Origin: Heteronotia binoei
Taxonomy: Eukaryota
Length of the DNA: 64,000 nucleotides
Assembly: GCF_032191835.1 (NCBI RefSeq)
Contig: NC_083234.1
Location: 49,786,001 to 49,850,000 of the forward strand
Direction of reading: 5' to 3'
The notes beneath the pieces were generated by a model. It was not told where the DNA came from. It saw only the letters and a list, made by a program, of their open reading frames with translations, and did no database searches. Both the position numbers and the translations under genes were made by a program. This document shows positions 58,901 through 64,000 of the stretch, piece by piece (the first letter of the stretch is position 1; every line of letters begins with the position of its first letter).

Positions 58901-61900
58901 TGCTAATAGGCAACGCTCAAGCAGGGATCTGGTGGTGGAGGAGGAGGAGGAAATGGTGCCCTCAAGCCACAGCTGACTTCTGGCGTCTCCCTAGGGTTTT
59001 CAAGGCAAGAGGTGTTCAGTTGTGGTTTGCCTCTGGATAAAGTCATCAGGACCCTGTTATTCCTTGGAAGTCTCCCATCTAGTTATGAGCTGACCCTGCT
59101 TAGTTTCTGGGATCTGACAGGATCATGGGTTTTCCAGGTCAGGGGCATCTGGTCTTTTCTCTGATTTGCAGACTGGAGGGCCATCATTCCAAATCACCAC
59201 CTTTTGCTTGTTTACTAGGCCCATCTTAATGGAGAAGCCAGATGTGGTAGTGGGCACACCATCCCGGGTCCTGTCCCACTTGCAAGCGCACAACTTGAGC
59301 CTGCAGGACTCCCTGGAGTTGCTGGTGCTGGATGAGGCAGATCTTCTGTTTTCCTTTGGCTTTGAGGATGACCTGAAGAGGCTGCTCTGGTGAGTCGGGA
59401 GTGGGGCTGCCCTGTCTAGGTAGACAGGCAAGGGTGGGTGGGAATGGAGCCTACCAAGTGGTATTTTCCTTCCCCAAGCATGACTCTTTAATCTACTGGT
59501 TCTGGTAGTTTACAAACTGTTTGGCGAGAGTTCAGTTGTGCTTACAGGCAGCAGGCAAAGAAAAGTGAGGAGTCTAATAGGTACGGTAGTATCTGCAAAA
59601 TGTAACAGTCTCTGGGGCCTTTCCTCTCAGTGAAGTTACATGACAGTTCTGCTGTGGGCTTTCACAGTCATGTAGGTCAGTCAGTCAGACAGTCAATCAC
59701 ATTTTATTTGTATCCCACCCTCCCCGACCAAGCGGCTCAGGGCGGCTAACAGCAAAAAACTCAATATACATTATACAATAAATAGCATTTAAATACAGTT
59801 AATTAAAATCCATAAAATTCTAAAAACATTAGTACATTTAGTGCTATTCCGCTGGCAAGTTTACTTGGCAGTTTAGTAGTTTCAGCTGGTGAAGGCCGTT
59901 CGGAACAAGATGGTTTTGCAGGCCCTGCGGAACTGTTCAAAGTCCCGCAGGGCCCGCATTTCCTCTGGGAGCTGATTCCACAGCTGTGGGGCCATAACTG
60001 AGAAAGCCTGAGTACGGGTACTCTGGAGTCTTACCTCCTTTGGCCCGGGGATAGTCAGCAGGTTCTTCCCTGCTGACCTCAGTGCTCTCTGGGGTTCATA
60101 CGGGGAGAGGCGGTCCCTAAGGTAGGCAGGTCCTCGGCCATATAGGGCTTTAAAGGTAATAACCAGCACTTTGTAGCGAATCCGGTATATCTGGCAGCCA
60201 GTGCAGTTCACGCAGCCCCAGCTGTATGTGCTCCCGCTTTGGGAGCCCCAGCAACAGTCTGGCAGCCGCATTCTGCACTAGCTGCAGCTTCCGGGTTCGG
60301 CACAAAGGCAGCCCCATGTAGAGGGCATTACAGTAATCCAGTCTCGAGGTGACCGTTGCATGAATCACTGTTGCCAGGTCCCGGTGCTCCAGGAAGGGGG
60401 CCAGCTGCCTTGCCCGCCTCAGATGAAAAAAGGCTGACTTGGCAGCGTCTGCTATCTGGGCCTCCATTGATAATGAAGGCTCCAGTAGAACTCCCAGGCT
60501 TCTGACCCGGTGCGCCGCTTTCAGCGGCGCCCCGTCAAAGACCGGGAGAGGTATTTCCCCTCCTAGAGCGCCCCGACCTAAGCAAAGGACCTCTGTCTTC
60601 GCCGGATTCAGTTTCAGCCCGCTCAGCCTTAACCAAGTTGCCACGGCCTGCAGTGCCAGGTCCAAGTTCTCTGGGGTGTAGCCAGGCCGACCGTCCATTA
60701 GCAGATAGAGCTGGGTGTCATCTGCATACTTGTGACACCCAAGCCCGTACCTCCTGGCAATCTGGGCAAGGGGGCGCATATAGATATTAAATAGCATCGG
60801 CGAGAGAACTGCTCCCTGAGGCACCCCACAATGTAGTGTGCGCCTCTGGGAGAGCTCACCCCCAATTGCCACCCTTTGTCCCCGATCCTCAAGGAAGGAG
60901 GAAAGCCATTGTAAGGCCAACCCCCTAACCCCAACATCGGCGAGGCGGCGGGTCAGTAGCCGATGGTCGACCGTGTCGAACGCGGCCGACAGGTCTAACA
61001 ACATCAGCACTGCCACACCGCCTCGATCCAGATGCTGCTGGAGGTCATCCACCAAGGCGACCAGCACTGTCTCCGTCCCATGACCCGGGCGAAAGCCGGG
61101 CTGGCAAGGGTCTAGGATGGAAGCGTCATCCAGAAAACCCTGTAACTGCAACGCCACTGCCCTCTCTATAATTTTACCTAAAAACGGTAAATTCGAGACC
61201 GGCCGGTAGTTTGCCAATTCGGCCGGATCGGCTGTACTTTTTTTCAAGAGGGGGCGGACCAAGGCCTCTTTTAAGGGCGTTGGAAAACGTCCCTCCAGGA
61301 GGGATCTATTTATGATGCCCCATAGAGGACATCTAAGCTCCCTCAGGCAAGATTTAATTAGCCAGGAGGGGCATGGGTCTAAATCGCAAGTTGTTGGGCG
61401 TGCAGAGATGAGAATTCCGTCGACTTCCTCCAGGCTGAGCGGGTCGAAATGATCCAGAACTAAACCTGAAGACAGGCACGGAGCCTCCAGTTCGTGTACT
61501 GTATCCAATGTGATGGGCAGGTCCTGGCGGAGCGACATGATTTTGTCTGCAAAAAATTTCGCAAAAGCCTCACAGCCTATTTCCAATTCTTTAACATTTG
61601 TCCTGCCCTGGGGCAGTGTAGTTAAATCTCCAATTTAGGGGTGGCATGAATGCCACTTACAGAGGAGTTTTTACAATTTTAGCTAATCTGTGTAATTTTA
61701 TGTATTTTAACTATGTTGTAAATTGCCCAGAGCCTGGCTGGACCTGGGATGGGGCAATTAATTAAATGCAGGGCCTTTTTTGTAGAAAAAGCCCAGCAGG
61801 GACTCATTTTCATATTAGGCCACACCCCCTGACATCACCATTGTTTAGCATAGGGCATTTTTGTAGGGAAGCCCCAGCAGAAGCTCATTTGCATATTAGG

Positions 61901-63855
61901 CCACACCTCCTGATGCCATGCCAGCAGGAACTGCATTCCTGCTCAAAAAAGGCCATGATTAAATGTGAATATTAGTAATAATAGCAGATTTTGTATATAT
62001 TTTACAAAATTAATACTTTGCTTTTCTGCCACCATCAGGGCCACTGACGGATTACAAACACACATCTTAAAATATCGTTAAAACCAAACAAAAACATACT
62101 AAACCCAAAACTAAAATACACATATGCAGACAGAAAAACAAAAATTTAAATAGTGTAGGAAGGAGGGAATCATTGAGGGAATGCCAGAAGAAACAAAGAA
62201 GTTTTCATTCACCAGTAGAAGATGGCAACAGAAAGGAGCAGCAGGCAAGTCTGTCTAGGGAGAGAGTTCTGGAATTGTGGTGCTGTGTCAGACAAGGTCC
62301 TTTCTGGGGTTGACCCCTGCCTGATATCAGGCTGTTGGGGGCACCCAAAGCAGGGCCTTGGAAGATGACTGCACTGGTGGGGTAGATTCATAAAGGAGAA
62401 GGTGGTCCTTTAGATCCCAGGCCATAAAGGGTTTTTTTTTAATTTTGTGTATGTATTTTTGTATTTTTCATGTGTGTGTCTGCACCTGGAAGTCACGTTC
62501 ACCTCTGGTGACTGACCCCTACTGGGGGCCTGGAGGATATTCAGGGAGGTGGCTGAATAAGCCTGCCCCTGCCTTCTGACTGGGCATTTAAAGGGCAGTC
62601 TCCTATCCAAGTACTAACCACAGTCAACCCTGCTTAGCTTCCAAGATCTGATGAGATTGGGCTTGCCTGGGCTAGGGCAGGGCACAATTCAGTGTTTTAA
62701 ACGTCAACTCCAGCACATTAAAATGTGCCTTAGGAATAAAATGTGCTACTTCGTATAGAGATGGCTATGCCTGCACTTCTTTGTGAATTATTTCCTTGAT
62801 AGTGTGTGAAGACCTAAGGGCTGTAAGGCTGACCTGTAAGCTAATTCTTGTTTCTTATGCATTTGTTTCCTTTCCAGTCATTTGCCCAAGATCTACCAGA
62901 CATTCCTCATGTCAGCCACATTTAATGAGGACGTGCAAGCACTGAAGGAGCTGGTGTTGCATAATCCTGTAAGAAAGGGGGAGAAGTTCTGTGGCCTATT
63001 TGGGGTGGATTGGAGGCTGGGTGTTTCTTGTGCTACTGAATTTTGTGGAATACTCATTGCTCCTTGTCTGGCAGCTCTGTTTCCATTGTCCACCCTACTA
63101 CTCAAGGGTGTTCGGCAGGATGAAGGGAGCACTCTGGTCACTCTCCTCTAGTTCATTTGCAGAAAGGGTCCATCTGCTTGGTTCTTCTCCACAGGTGACA
63201 CTCAAGCTGCAGGAGTCGCAACTGCCAGATAGCTCCCAGCTCAGCCAGTACCAGATTCGGTGTGAGACAGAAGAGGACAAGTTCCTGCTGCTCTATGCGC
63301 TGCTGAAGCTTTCACTGGTGCGGGGAAAAGTCATTCTCTTTGTAAGCGCCATTGACCGCTGCTACCGCCTCAAGCTGTTCCTGGAACAGTTCAGCATCCC
63401 TGCCTGTGTGCTCAACTCAGAGCTGCCAGTTCAGTCTAGGTAAGGCTCAGCAGGGTTGGGATGTCTGTGTGCAGCTGAAGTCCGTAGCTGGGGTGGTTTT
63501 GTTTGGGGATACCTTGTGTTTTTAGCAGCATGTCAAAAGAATGAACTATGGAAATTGTAGCCTGCCTGGCTAGAAATTGTGGACCAGTTATCTAACAGTT
63601 AATGTCCTGGCAGAGTTCCTGGAAGAGCACGTTGCCCATAAACTATGGGGATGGCTCCCTTGGGGCCCTCTGGGATTGCAAGAGCACCTGTTGACCAGAG
63701 GCTTACAAGTCCTTTTGATTCACTTCCAGATGCCATATCATCACTCAGTTCAACAAAGGCTTCTATGATTACATTGTCGCCACGGATGAGCATCAGCTAG
63801 CAGAGCCAGAGGTAATGAAGAAAGGAAAGAAGAAAAAGGGCACCAGAGGACAGAA
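58318..63855 (+). CDS. DDX56: DEAD-box helicase 56, exons 1-7 (continues beyond window)
   Basis: Exons 58318-58374, 58468-58629, 58723-58883, 59219-59389, 62878-62968, 63195-63439 and 63730-63855 are phase-consistent. Motifs: Q motif, [20 protein letters not shown]. Confidence 0.96.
59676..61630 (-). mobile_element. Young 5'-truncated L2-clade LINE in DDX56 intron 4 (antisense)
   Basis: 478-aa uninterrupted RT ORF ([38 protein letters not shown]), one frameshift near 60190, then a 3' UTR and (TGAC)n tail. Confidence 0.92.
61765..61955. mobile_element. Octamer-bearing MITE (related copies ~3645-4077 and ~30440-30615)
   Basis: agggcctttttgtagaaaaagcccagcagg...ctcatttgcatattaggccacac repeat units. 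Confidence 0.65.
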
Positions 63856-64000
63856 GTAAGTTTGTAAGGGCTTATGTTTTCTTAGTGGGCAAAAGTTTCA
63901 AACATTTAAGAACCAATTAGGCCGAAGTAGCTAACTGAATGAAGCGTTCTGCCTGGCACCCTGCGTGTGCATCAGTCCTCCTCTGATGTTGCTGATGCTT

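Overview
Eukaryotic genomic DNA from a squamate reptile, most likely a gecko (inferred from the Sauria-type SINE, hAT/Harbinger MITE, Penelope, CR1 and young L2 repeat content). The left two thirds hold a minus-strand interleukin-1 family cluster. It contains a signal-peptide-bearing IL1RN-like gene (39184-42776) and two tandemly duplicated paralogs (18335 to ~27051, and <1 to ~5012, running off the window). In both paralogs an IL-36Ra/IL-38-like beta-trefoil is preceded by an extra pro-domain-like exon. The right third holds complete TMED4 (52148-54733, +) and exons 1-7 of DDX56 (58318 to >63855, +). Most of the remaining sequence is transposon-derived, with one 133-N gap. Exon structures were built by hand from GT/AG sites and checked for phase. 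Family assignments come from remembered protein sequences, not database searches.
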